A model generated the notes under the pieces. The model was given only the letters and a program-made list of their open reading frames with translations, searched no databases and was not told the DNA's origin. 64,000 nucleotides of DNA from a virus (Duplodnaviria; Caudoviricetes), in the IMG/VR virus record IMGVR_UViG_3300049595_005065; one strand, 5' to 3'. The number at the start of each line of letters is the position of its first letter. Position 1 is the first letter of the stretch. A program made the translations under genes and the position numbers. Shown here piece by piece: positions 18,181 to 26,913 of the stretch.

Positions 18181-19290
18181 ATGTCCCTGTTTTCAAAGTC
18201 CGGCAACGTGTGGCACCCGCATCGGGAAGCGGCGCTCAATCTACAAGACCGTTTGCCCGCGGGTACCTACACGGTCAAGCAGAACCAGATGACTCAAGAG
18301 TTCTATCTCGAGGCGATCGACAGCTTCACGTTGCCCGACCGGATCTACGGGGATATCGCCCGGCAGACCAACCGGATCATCCGGTCGTTCTCGGAGCGCC
18401 CGGCCGGTACCGGCGTGCTGCTGGTCGGCGAGAAGGGTTCTGGCAAGACCCTGCTCAGCAAGAACGTCTGCATGAACCTGCAGCGCGTCGGCGTGCCCAC
18501 GATCGTGATCAACCACCCGTGGCACGGCGACGAGTTCAACGCGTTCATCCAGACGATCGAGCAGCCCGCTGTGATCCTCTTCGATGAGTTCGAGAAGAAC
18601 TACAAGCGGGAAGTCCAAGAACAGCTGTTGACGCTCCTGGACGGCGTGTTTCCCAGCAAGAAGCTGTTCATGCTCACATGCAACGATCAGTACCGAATCG
18701 ACTCGCATATGCGCAATCGGCCGGGACGGATCTACTACTTCGTCAAGTTCGCTGGGCTGGGCGAGGAGTTCGTGGAGGAGTACTGCCAGGACAACCTGCT
18801 GGATACCCAGTACATCGAGAAGATCGTGCAAATCTCCAAGATGTACGGCCAGTTCAACTTCGACATGCTGCAGAGCCTGGTCGAAGAGATGAACCGGTTT
18901 GACGAAGATCCCATAGCGGCGCTTGAGATGCTCAACGCCAAACCCGAAGAGGACGGCGGCGGCAAGTACGCCGTTCAGATCATCCACGAGGGCTTGGTGT
19001 ACGAGGGCAAGGACATCGACGAAGGCTCGACGTTCACCGGCAATCCGCTGGTAAACGACGTCGACGTCGGGATCTATCTCCGGGGCGAAGGCGCGCCGGG
19101 CGCTCAGGACGACGAGGACGATGACAACCCGGCCACGGAAAACCGAAAGTACCTGTCGCTGGACTTCACGCCGGAGGACTTCGTCAGGTTCGATCCTGTC
19201 AATGGGCAATTCGTCTTCCAGAACGACAAGGCGATGTGCATTTTGACCCGTGTCCGGGAGCGCGCCAGGCACAACATGCTGGCATTCTGA
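18181..19290 (+). CDS. AAA+ ATPase
   Basis: Walker A GEKGSGKT, Walker B ILFDEFEK, and the SRH-like RNRPGRI. Confidence 0.9.
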   Translation: MSLFSKSGNVWHPHREAALNLQDRLPAGTYTVKQNQMTQEFYLEAIDSFTLPDRIYGDIARQTNRIIRSFSERPAGTGVLLVGEKGSGKTLLSKNVCMNLQRVGVPTIVINHPWHGDEFNAFIQTIEQPAVILFDEFEKNYKREVQEQLLTLLDGVFPSKKLFMLTCNDQYRIDSHMRNRPGRIYYFVKFAGLGEEFVEEYCQDNLLDTQYIEKIVQISKMYGQFNFDMLQSLVEEMNRFDEDPIAALEMLNAKPEEDGGGKYAVQIIHEGLVYEGKDIDEGSTFTGNPLVNDVDVGIYLRGEGAPGAQDDEDDDNPATENRKYLSLDFTPEDFVRFDPVNGQFVFQNDKAMCILTRVRERARHNMLAF

Positions 19291-19379
19291 CCGGGCTGTT
19301 TTCTGCGAATAGATATCTAACCCGCCCTTATTCTGGGGCGGATGGGTTCGGTGTTTCCCCCTTTTAACGAGGTGTTTCT

Positions 19380-19961
19380 ATGAAGGACTACGTTCGTTTG
19401 CTTGCCGTCGCCACCATCGTGGCCGTGTACGGTTTCCTGGTGGCGCAGGCTCGAGGGGAAAGCCCCGAGGCCATCAAGCAGGGTATCTGGGAGAACATGC
19501 AGGCCAACTTCCACGCCTGCAACGAGGAGAACCTCCCCAAGCTGCTCGCCACGGTCAGCCGCGAGCTGCCGCAGCGGGAGCTGTTTGTGGAGACCATTAA
19601 GGCCGAATGGGCGGCGGAGGACACGTACACGCGCCTGGTGGACGTCGAGGTGCTTCCGCACTCCGACGCGCCCAACGCGAACTGCACGTTCCCCTACGCC
19701 ACGGCCTGGATTACGCAGCAGACGATTCGGCCTAACAGCCAGAACATTCAGGCGTTCGAGCAGTGCAGGAACGGCCGGTGCCGGGACAAGGATCTGGCGC
19801 ATCTGTTTGCGATCAGCCCCAACCACGACACCGTTCGGTACCAGGCCCTGTTCAAGAAGGAAGGCGGCAAGTGGAAGGGCATTGCCAACCTGACCGAGCC
19901 CGAGCCGGTCGGGGCGCAGGCCGAGGCCGAGGAGACTGCCAGTGTTGGAGCCTTTAACTGA
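19380..19961 (+). CDS. secreted protein, possibly NTF2/SnoaL-like
   Basis: Signal peptide; GAGG RBS; ends in FKKEGGKWK. Confidence 0.6.
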   Translation: MKDYVRLLAVATIVAVYGFLVAQARGESPEAIKQGIWENMQANFHACNEENLPKLLATVSRELPQRELFVETIKAEWAAEDTYTRLVDVEVLPHSDAPNANCTFPYATAWITQQTIRPNSQNIQAFEQCRNGRCRDKDLAHLFAISPNHDTVRYQALFKKEGGKWKGIANLTEPEPVGAQAEAEETASVGAFN

Positions 19962-20337
19962 GGAGGTTTGCTTGGACGAACCCCGCGATACGGCGACCTA
20001 CAAGCCCGATACCTGCTACCAGTGTGGCGGGCAGATGGGCCTGTTCAAGCTGAAAGATACCTGGAAGATGCGGATCGATGGCGCGCTGCACCAGGTGCCC
20101 GTCTCTTCCGTGCCGTGCCGAAGGTGCCTGAACTGCGGCACGACTGTTTTGGACGGTACGTCGGATGAGATGGTGCATTACTGCTATGTGCAGTACTGCA
20201 AGAAAAACGGCCTGTACACGCGTTGGCATCGCCTCCAGCGCTGGGTGCGGCGCAGGCTGTGGGTTTACCAGTGCAGGTACAACTGGTACTTGCTGAAGTT
20301 CTACCAGTGGAGGGCTAAATGGTCGCATTCAGCATGA
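19942..20337 (+). CDS. YgiT/MqsA-type zinc-finger protein
   Basis: CYQCGG...VSSVPCRRCLNCG matches the MqsA N-terminal Zn-finger pattern. Confidence 0.65.
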   Translation: MLEPLTEEVCLDEPRDTATYKPDTCYQCGGQMGLFKLKDTWKMRIDGALHQVPVSSVPCRRCLNCGTTVLDGTSDEMVHYCYVQYCKKNGLYTRWHRLQRWVRRRLWVYQCRYNWYLLKFYQWRAKWSHSA

Positions 20338-20549
20338 CCGAGGAAGACTCCGCTGAGGTGCTCAAGGACGTCTTCGAGCGGCACCCGCCGCCCAATGATT
20401 ACGGGCCGTTTATGTTCGGCTGTTTTGTCGCGCTGCTCAACCTCGCGCCCGACGAGCAGGCCATCGAGGAGTTCGCCGACAAGTGCGGACTCACGGTGTT
20501 TGTGAAGGTCGTCAAGCTCGACGCGCCGGACAAGCCCAAAGCGGCGTGA
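20334..20549 (+). CDS. hypothetical protein
   Basis: ATGA overlap with the previous stop. Confidence 0.5.
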   Translation: MTEEDSAEVLKDVFERHPPPNDYGPFMFGCFVALLNLAPDEQAIEEFADKCGLTVFVKVVKLDAPDKPKAA

Positions 20550-20564
20550 TCTGCGTAGAGAACG

Positions 20565-20611
20565 CCGCCTGCAGTCCGGGCTACGCGCCCGGGCTCAGGC
20601 GGTTTCTTTTT
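20565..20611 (+). terminator. intrinsic terminator-like hairpin, followed by TGCTATCAG
   Basis: GCCGCCTG...CAGGCGGT stem followed by TTTCTTTTT. Confidence 0.6.
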
Positions 20612-20663
20612 GCTATCAGCGGTTACACTACAGGCTGGTTTCCTCACACACAGGAGTTTCATC

Positions 20664-20846
20664 ATGCAGGCAGAAGTCTACGTTCAGGGTCAGTTCTACA
20701 AGGTCATGGAGGCTGAGTACACGCACCAGATCCTCAACCAGGTCACCAACGACATCCAGAATGGTTTGGTGCCCCACTTCGATCCCGAGCTGCCTCACTC
20801 GATCGAGATCAGGAATATTCCGGCTCCTGCGCCCGCCGAAGGTTGA
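20664..20846 (+). CDS. small hypothetical protein
   Basis: AGGAG RBS; 60 aa. Confidence 0.6.
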   Translation: MQAEVYVQGQFYKVMEAEYTHQILNQVTNDIQNGLVPHFDPELPHSIEIRNIPAPAPAEG

Positions 20847-20891
20847 GAGTCTATTGCGCATAATTTCCCAATATTTGGGAAGTCAGTTCAT

Positions 20892-20975
20892 AAGCCGTGT
20901 ATCCGTAGTTTGGCCAGTTTTGCGGTTTCTCTCGAGAAACACGCAAATTCAGGGTCAGTTACGGATACACGGTTT
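20892..20975. other. long (~84 nt) nested inverted repeat in non-coding DNA
   Basis: CCGTGTATCCGTA 20895-20907 pairs with TACGGATACACGG 20960-20972, with nested TTTGCG/CGCAAA and GTTTCTC/GAGAAAC stems. Confidence 0.7.
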
Positions 20976-21182
20976 TGTTTAGGCGCAAAACTAACTTCAG
21001 CTAAGTTCGCCGTAACTCGTTGGCGCGCAAGCATTTACGTCACGCACGTATGCCGCGCAGCACGTAAACCCTTTCTGCACAACGACTTGCGTCAAATCTC
21101 TCAAATCTAACTGCCCTGGTCAGCGCAGTCCGACTGCTCCTGGCAGCGCAGTACGCGCCCGGTTAGATATCAAACCTGGGCA

Positions 21183-21211
21183 GCTAAATCTGGGGCAAAA
21201 ACCAGGCATAT
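21183..21211 (+). promoter_or_regulatory. putative phage promoter GCTAAA-N16-GGCATAT, copy 3
   Basis: Exact motif upstream of a GGAGG RBS and the ATG at 21256. Confidence 0.7.
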
Positions 21212-21255
21212 CTGATGAACAGATCGATAGCTGTCATCAACCCCCGGGAGGTTCT

Positions 21256-21396
21256 ATGTTTTCGATTCGCGCTCTTCTGTTCCTGCTGTCCATTGCGCTC
21301 GTGACCCGGCTCATCAGCTGGTCCGTTCGCGGTGGGCTGCTTCTCGTGAAGACCATCGCCTGCCTGCCCTTTCAGGTGGCGCGCTGCTTCATCTGA
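21256..21396 (+). CDS. small hydrophobic protein (46 aa, not in ORF track)
   Basis: GGAGG RBS; MFSIRALLFLLSIALVTRLISW... Confidence 0.55.
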   Translation: MFSIRALLFLLSIALVTRLISWSVRGGLLLVKTIACLPFQVARCFI

Positions 21397-21494
21397 GCGG
21401 ACCTACGGTCGGCGGCCCTGCCTCCCAGCTGGGCCTCCATCCGTGTGTCTGTTTGTTTGGTTGGTTTCCATTCCTATGAAGGAGAGTTCTCACC

Positions 21495-21956
21495 ATGCGC
21501 AACTTCGCGCTTTTCGTGGTCGGTTTCGTGTCGGCGGTGTTCTGTGTCACGCTGGTGCCCGAGTCGGTCGTCCGGCCCCCAATCGTCGCGGCGGAGAACG
21601 CCCCTGAGATCGAGGGCATTCTCGCTGGGGCTGAGCGCTCCGGCGAGTTTTCGCGGATCGTCGTGCCCGCCGAGTACGACCTCCGCTTCCTGGCCGCCTG
21701 GGGCAGCGACGCCTCAGCGGTTGCCTCGTTCGCGCATTCTTTTCGCGAGCAGTCTGGCGCGGGGCTGACCCTGCGTCAGCGTGAGGTGGTACGGCACGAG
21801 ATCCTGCCGCGCTACAAGGCGATCGCGTATCGTCACTGGCAGTCCCTTGGGGCTGACAGGTTCATGCCCGCTGTTAAGGCGGACATCGCGCGGTTTGCTC
21901 CAGAGGTGGCGGGCATGTTGATCGCCGCCTCGGGTTCGGAGACGACTGATCTCTGA
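21495..21956 (+). CDS. secreted hypothetical protein
   Basis: AAGGAG RBS and a signal peptide. Confidence 0.65.
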   Translation: MRNFALFVVGFVSAVFCVTLVPESVVRPPIVAAENAPEIEGILAGAERSGEFSRIVVPAEYDLRFLAAWGSDASAVASFAHSFREQSGAGLTLRQREVVRHEILPRYKAIAYRHWQSLGADRFMPAVKADIARFAPEVAGMLIAASGSETTDL

Positions 21957-22023
21957 CCAGAGAAAGCGCGGACCCGGGGCGCAAGCTCCGGCTCTCCCGC
22001 TTTTTCTTAGCTATCAGCGCCCA

Positions 22024-22052
22024 GCTAAATAACAACCCAAAACCCGGCATAT
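22024..22052 (+). promoter_or_regulatory. putative phage promoter GCTAAA-N16-GGCATAT, copy 4
   Basis: Exact motif with a 16-nt spacer. Confidence 0.7.
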
Positions 22053-22144
22053 CTAGTGAGCAAACCATAGGTGTCAGTGTGTACTGGCCGTGGTGCGCTC
22101 CTGGGCGCCAGCAGTTTCTGGCTCTTGCCCGAAGGGAGGCAACG

Positions 22145-22441
22145 ATGACGACGATGCAGTCGACGCAGGTGGCCCGCGCTGAGGCCGCTCTCGAATCGCT
22201 TTTCGCGTTCGAGACGATGTGTGCGGTCGCGCTCAGCAAGCACGGAAAGTGCCGTACGGCCGCAGAGATGTTCCGGCAGCTGGCCAGCCATGCTGAGCTG
22301 GTCGCCGAGAACTCGGTGGTCCTGTCGCGGGTGGCTGAAGCCCGTGGCGAGGAGGCTGCTGCGGTGGCTGAGTGGAAGGTGGTGTGTTGCGCCACGACGG
22401 TCGCCGAGGTTGCCCGTAGGCGCCTGGCGCAGTGTGCGTAA
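22145..22441 (+). CDS. hypothetical Ala-rich protein
   Basis: GGAGG RBS before the ATG at 22145. Confidence 0.6.
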   Translation: MTTMQSTQVARAEAALESLFAFETMCAVALSKHGKCRTAAEMFRQLASHAELVAENSVVLSRVAEARGEEAAAVAEWKVVCCATTVAEVARRRLAQCA

Positions 22442-22578
22442 GCGACGACCCCCAGGGCAATCACGCCCTGGGGGCTCTCCCGCTTTTTCTTAGCTATCAG
22501 CGCGCCATAGATATCTTTGCCCGTTGCTGCAGCGCCCCGTATTTGCGAAGATAACGCAGTTCCCTGAAGGAGCGCGCC

Positions 22579-24066
22579 ATGCCGTTTAAGTCTGAAAAGC
22601 AGCGGCGTTTTCTGTGGGCCGAGCATCCTGAGATCGCCAAGCGCTGGGCGCACAAGTATCCCGAGTCCAACAAGGGCCTGCCGATGTACGCCGACAAGAA
22701 AGACGACACTGATAAGAAAGCCGCGCTTGATGTTCTGGCCCGCGCCGTGTCGAGCTTTAACCAGACGCGCGCATTTCCCAATAATGGTGAAATTAACGGC
22801 GCAAACGCCAAAAAAGCCAACTCCGGGATGATCTACATCGACGTTCCGCAAGGGGACAAGCCAACTTACGCAGGGGAAGATCGCGAGAAGGGTAAGCAGA
22901 CTGAGGGCGAAAAGCAGGTTGCGCACTGTGACGGCGAAAAGGCCGATCAGGACGCTGTAAGCGCTGTTTTTGGCAAGCTGGCCGTTGTTTTGGCGCCGAA
23001 GTTGCGCGAAATGTGGGAGCAGGAACAAGCGCTGACCGAGGGTCGAGAACCCCTGTTTGTGCCGGAAAACCTCGGTGTTCGGCGTTATTCCATTCCGAGT
23101 CCCGTCGTTCCTCCACCGATGGGCATGGCGCCCCAGGCTCCGGCCCAGGCTGGCATGCAGCCCATGGCGCAGCCTGCAAATACTCCCGTGGGCGGCGGCT
23201 CTCATCCCCAGCACAATCCAATTCAGGCTTTCGGACCGCTCGGTGCCAAGGGCCAGATCAACGGCAACGCGGCGTTTGGCCAGAAGAACTCTCCGGACAG
23301 CCTGAAGACCTCCAGCCTAAAGATTCTCACGAGCATTGATTTCTCGGGGCTGCCGGACCCCGATGACTTGGACCTCGACGAAGACGAGCGCACCAAGAGC
23401 GCCGCCAAGCCGTGCTCCTGCGGCTGCGGCGATACGGTGCCGACCTGCAAGTGCTCGAGCGCGCAGGAGTTCGGCGAGAAGCTGGCTCAGGAACTCGAGC
23501 TGAGCCTGCCTGCCCAGGTGGCTGTAATGGCTGCACTGGGCGGCGGCGCAGGTATTCGTCACGGCGGCCTGGCTGGGCTGACCGGCGGCGGGATCTACGG
23601 CGCCATTAATCCAGGCGAGTACGTTGACGAGAAGGGCCAGAAGCAAAAGCGCACCCGGCTCCAGGGCGCAGCGCAGCACGGCTTCGAGAACGCAGGCAAG
23701 CTCGGCCTGATTGGCGGCGGCCTGGGTGCAGCCACGGCGGGTAGCCTGCCGCTCGTGGCTGAGCTGCTGGGCGACAAGAGCGCAGGCCTGGGAACAGCTT
23801 TGGCCCGCGGCACAGCCCGCGGCGTCGAGAACTACAACGAAGACGTGCGCAATGAGAACTCCGAGCAGCGCGACAACCCAGACTATGCGCCCCAGCAAGA
23901 AGTCAGCGACAGCTCGGGCGCGCTGCTGGCGCTGCTCCTGGGCGGCGGTGGTCTGGCCCTGGCGCACGGCCCCAGCCTGATGGGCAAGATGACCGGCGGC
24001 TCCAGGGGTCGACGGACCAAGCGGGCCACCGCGAAAGATATCTTTGACATCGTTCAGGGTGCGTGA
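22579..24066 (+). CDS. putative virion protein; N-terminal PFKSEKQRRFLWA module and C-terminal glycine zippers
   Basis: AAGGAG RBS; 495 aa; Gly/Ala-rich hydrophobic helices. Confidence 0.75.
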   Translation: MPFKSEKQRRFLWAEHPEIAKRWAHKYPESNKGLPMYADKKDDTDKKAALDVLARAVSSFNQTRAFPNNGEINGANAKKANSGMIYIDVPQGDKPTYAGEDREKGKQTEGEKQVAHCDGEKADQDAVSAVFGKLAVVLAPKLREMWEQEQALTEGREPLFVPENLGVRRYSIPSPVVPPPMGMAPQAPAQAGMQPMAQPANTPVGGGSHPQHNPIQAFGPLGAKGQINGNAAFGQKNSPDSLKTSSLKILTSIDFSGLPDPDDLDLDEDERTKSAAKPCSCGCGDTVPTCKCSSAQEFGEKLAQELELSLPAQVAVMAALGGGAGIRHGGLAGLTGGGIYGAINPGEYVDEKGQKQKRTRLQGAAQHGFENAGKLGLIGGGLGAATAGSLPLVAELLGDKSAGLGTALARGTARGVENYNEDVRNENSEQRDNPDYAPQQEVSDSSGALLALLLGGGGLALAHGPSLMGKMTGGSRGRRTKRATAKDIFDIVQGA

Positions 24067-26366
24067 GCTCTATGCCGCTTCCATTGGGACCGATGCTTTC
24101 TTCCGTTGGCCGGGCGCTGACTGGCCCGACGGCACGCAATGTCGCTCGCTTCGGCGCAGGCGGCACGGCGGGCTATCTGGCCAACGACGCCTATCTCAAC
24201 CAGGTCAACCCTGAAGTCTCCGACCTGGGCCGGATGCGCTCTAATCTTTTCTCTGGCGTGCTAGGCGGCGCACTGACCAGCCGCGGCGCCATGCCTGCCT
24301 TGGCCCGGGCTGCAAAGGCGCGCGACCCGAAGCTGCTCCTGGGCGGCCTGGGCGTAGCTGCCCGTTATGGCGCGATTCTGCCCGACATGGAGCACAGCCC
24401 GATTGGTTCTGGCGAAGCGCACAACAGAATTGGCCTGGGCTTTGGCAAGCTGCTTGATCCAGGCCACTCGCCGCTGCCCAAGGTCGTGGCGCACATCAAA
24501 GACCAGAAAAAGCTCGAAGAAACGCTGAACACGTGGTCGCGCCCCGTCGAGCACGGCGCCGAAATTGCGACCGACAAGGCGTACGACAAGATCAAAGCTG
24601 ATCTTGAGAAGAACAAGGGTAGCGCCGCGAAGTGGCTGCAAACAGCTGGGTTGCCTGCGACTTACGGCAGCCTGATCACGGCGCTGGGCGGCACGCCGGG
24701 TGAGAAGCCTACGCTCTCCGACGTCGGCATGGCGGCTGTGCCCCATGTTGCAGGCGGCGCTGGCGGAGCTTACCTGGGCCATCTTCTGGGCGGCGGCGTG
24801 GGGAACTTCCTGTTCAAGGACAACCCAAAAGCTGAGTACGAAGAACGCCGTCGCCAGGAACAGCGGCGTTGGTGGCTGCAGTTCCTGGGTTCTAATCTTG
24901 GCGCCGTAGGCGGTGTCTATGGCGCCATGAACGCCGCGCCGCATCTCAACAAGCTGATTGGTTCAGCCATGCAGACCAAGCAGTCGGAGGTGAAGGAAGC
25001 CGTAGGGCCGATTCCGCCGCAAACTTCTGGCCTGCTCATGCGTTCTTTGAGCAACATGCTGCGCACTGGTACGCGCGCAGGTTTGCAACGCGGCGGCCAA
25101 ATGGCGCTGGGTCTAGGCAAAGACATGGCGCTGGCTGGCGGCATGACAGCCGGACAGTACGCCGCGAACATCGTGCCGCCCGGAGGCTACGACGCCCAGG
25201 GCAAGCCGCTGGGCCCGAACACCGACCTGAGCTACATGGGGTCGCTCTACGGCACAAATCTGCTGGGCGCAAGGCTCGCCCGCGGCATGCTGAGCGGCCA
25301 GGCGTTCGCTGGTAAGGCTAACCCCCTGACGCGCGGCCTGACGCTCGGCGCGATGGCCACGGCTGCGCCGAGCGTGGTGAACCTGGGCACGAGCGTTCCG
25401 CCACTGTTTGGGCAGGTGCTCAACCCGGAGAAAATTAACAAGTACACCGCTGCGCTGGATCAGGACACCGGCCGCTTTGGCCAGGATCCCGCGGGAGCTG
25501 CCCAGGCTGCCGCCCGTGGCGCCCAGAAGGCGCTCGCAAACAAGCCAGTCGTTGCTGATGCGGCCAATCTCACCCAGGACGTCGTCGAAGAAGCAGGCGT
25601 GCCGGGCATGAGCGCCAAGGGCAACCAGAGTATCAAGGACATGCTCGGTTCGACGGGCCTGTCCATGCTGGCTCAGGGCGCGGGCATGGCGACCGGCGGC
25701 GTGGCTGGCCTGACGGCGGGCGACTGGCTCGTCGACAAACTGTTAACTACAGCCGTGAACAAGAAGTGGCTCAAGAAGCGCAAGGGGCTGCACCAGTTCC
25801 TGCGTGACCTGGGCGCCGTTGCTGGCGCGGGCCTGGGAGCTTACGGCGGCCTCAAAGCGCTGAACTACGGCGTCCCAGCTGCCGCGAACTACTACAACAA
25901 ACACCTGGCAACGCAGCCCAAGACGGCGAGCGTCACTCCAGACTGGGAAAAGATATCTTTCGAGCTGGGCGGCCTGGACGTCCGGCTGCCCGACGACGTG
26001 AACGCCGCCCGCATGACCGCTATTGCCGCGCTGGTCTCCGGCGCGCTTGGTGCTGGTCGTGGCGCCTACGACCCTGGCTACGACGAGAAGACGAACCGAC
26101 GCGGACACATTATCTCCAAGACCCGCCGCAGTCGCCTGCGGGGCGCTGGCCTGGGCGGCCTGATTGGCCTGACGACGGGCGTGGGCGGCAGCTACACCTC
26201 GCAGTTCGCCAACCAGTACCGGCCCGAGATCGACGGCTACATCCAGAGCTGGCTGCCGAAATCTGTAACCGAGCCGCAGCCACAGGTGGCAGGCGAGGAA
26301 ATGCTGCCGCACGAGAACGTAGACGTGGTGCAACCGCTGCTTGATACAATCAGTCATACCGCCTAG
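24063..26366 (+). CDS. putative virion/membrane-active glycine-zipper protein
   Basis: 767 aa with many GxxxGxxxG hydrophobic segments. Confidence 0.75.
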   Translation: MSSMPLPLGPMLSSVGRALTGPTARNVARFGAGGTAGYLANDAYLNQVNPEVSDLGRMRSNLFSGVLGGALTSRGAMPALARAAKARDPKLLLGGLGVAARYGAILPDMEHSPIGSGEAHNRIGLGFGKLLDPGHSPLPKVVAHIKDQKKLEETLNTWSRPVEHGAEIATDKAYDKIKADLEKNKGSAAKWLQTAGLPATYGSLITALGGTPGEKPTLSDVGMAAVPHVAGGAGGAYLGHLLGGGVGNFLFKDNPKAEYEERRRQEQRRWWLQFLGSNLGAVGGVYGAMNAAPHLNKLIGSAMQTKQSEVKEAVGPIPPQTSGLLMRSLSNMLRTGTRAGLQRGGQMALGLGKDMALAGGMTAGQYAANIVPPGGYDAQGKPLGPNTDLSYMGSLYGTNLLGARLARGMLSGQAFAGKANPLTRGLTLGAMATAAPSVVNLGTSVPPLFGQVLNPEKINKYTAALDQDTGRFGQDPAGAAQAAARGAQKALANKPVVADAANLTQDVVEEAGVPGMSAKGNQSIKDMLGSTGLSMLAQGAGMATGGVAGLTAGDWLVDKLLTTAVNKKWLKKRKGLHQFLRDLGAVAGAGLGAYGGLKALNYGVPAAANYYNKHLATQPKTASVTPDWEKISFELGGLDVRLPDDVNAARMTAIAALVSGALGAGRGAYDPGYDEKTNRRGHIISKTRRSRLRGAGLGGLIGLTTGVGGSYTSQFANQYRPEIDGYIQSWLPKSVTEPQPQVAGEEMLPHENVDVVQPLLDTISHTA

Positions 26367-26396
26367 TTGGGTGCTTTTCATACACGGAGTCTTGTT

Positions 26397-26882
26397 ATGT
26401 CTGCTTATCAGAAGATTGCCAGCGCCCGCGAGTTCGGCGAAAAATTTGGTGGCTATATCGAATATGCGGGCAATGATCCAAAAGAACTCGCCTGGCAGAA
26501 AAAATACGAAAAGCATGTCCGCAAGTGGGAAAAAGAAGACATGAAGAAAAAGCCAGCCCGCGAGTTCGGCGAGAAGCTGGCCATGGACCCGCGCCTCATG
26601 GGCGGCCTGGGCGGCGCAGCGGTGATGGGTCTGGGAGGCGCCGCGCTGGGCGCGATGAACCCCGGCGAGGAAGAGACAGTTGACGACAACGGCCGGGTCG
26701 TGAAGCGCCAGAAGAGCCGACTGAGCAGCGCGCTGGCGGGCGGCCTGGGTGGCGCACTGGCAGGTGGTGCGGGCGGCGCAGCTTTGGGTCACTTTCGGGG
26801 CGACAACGTGCGGGATTTTGGCAACATGCTGCGGGCGCGACTGGGCGGTGAAACGCAAGCTCCGCCGCCGAAAGTTATCTGA
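26397..26882 (+). CDS. glycine-zipper protein
   Basis: GGAG RBS; two AREFGEK repeats; GGLGGALAGG. Confidence 0.7.
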   Translation: MSAYQKIASAREFGEKFGGYIEYAGNDPKELAWQKKYEKHVRKWEKEDMKKKPAREFGEKLAMDPRLMGGLGGAAVMGLGGAALGAMNPGEEETVDDNGRVVKRQKSRLSSALAGGLGGALAGGAGGAALGHFRGDNVRDFGNMLRARLGGETQAPPPKVI

Positions 26883-26913
26883 TAGCTAAAAAAACTTGCG
26901 CTATATTGAGCGC

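Larger units (their letters stand above)
21991..22503 (+). repeat. 30-bp perfect direct repeats (21991-22020 and 22474-22503) flanking one promoter-gene unit
   Basis: GCTCTCCCGCTTTTTCTTAGCTATCAGCGC occurs twice. Confidence 0.85.

Noticed and set aside
21965-22000. c-di-GMP-I riboswitch-like GCGCAAGCTCCGG
   Set aside because: Only a GNRA hairpin matches; the upstream GGCAAA P1/P2 elements are missing.
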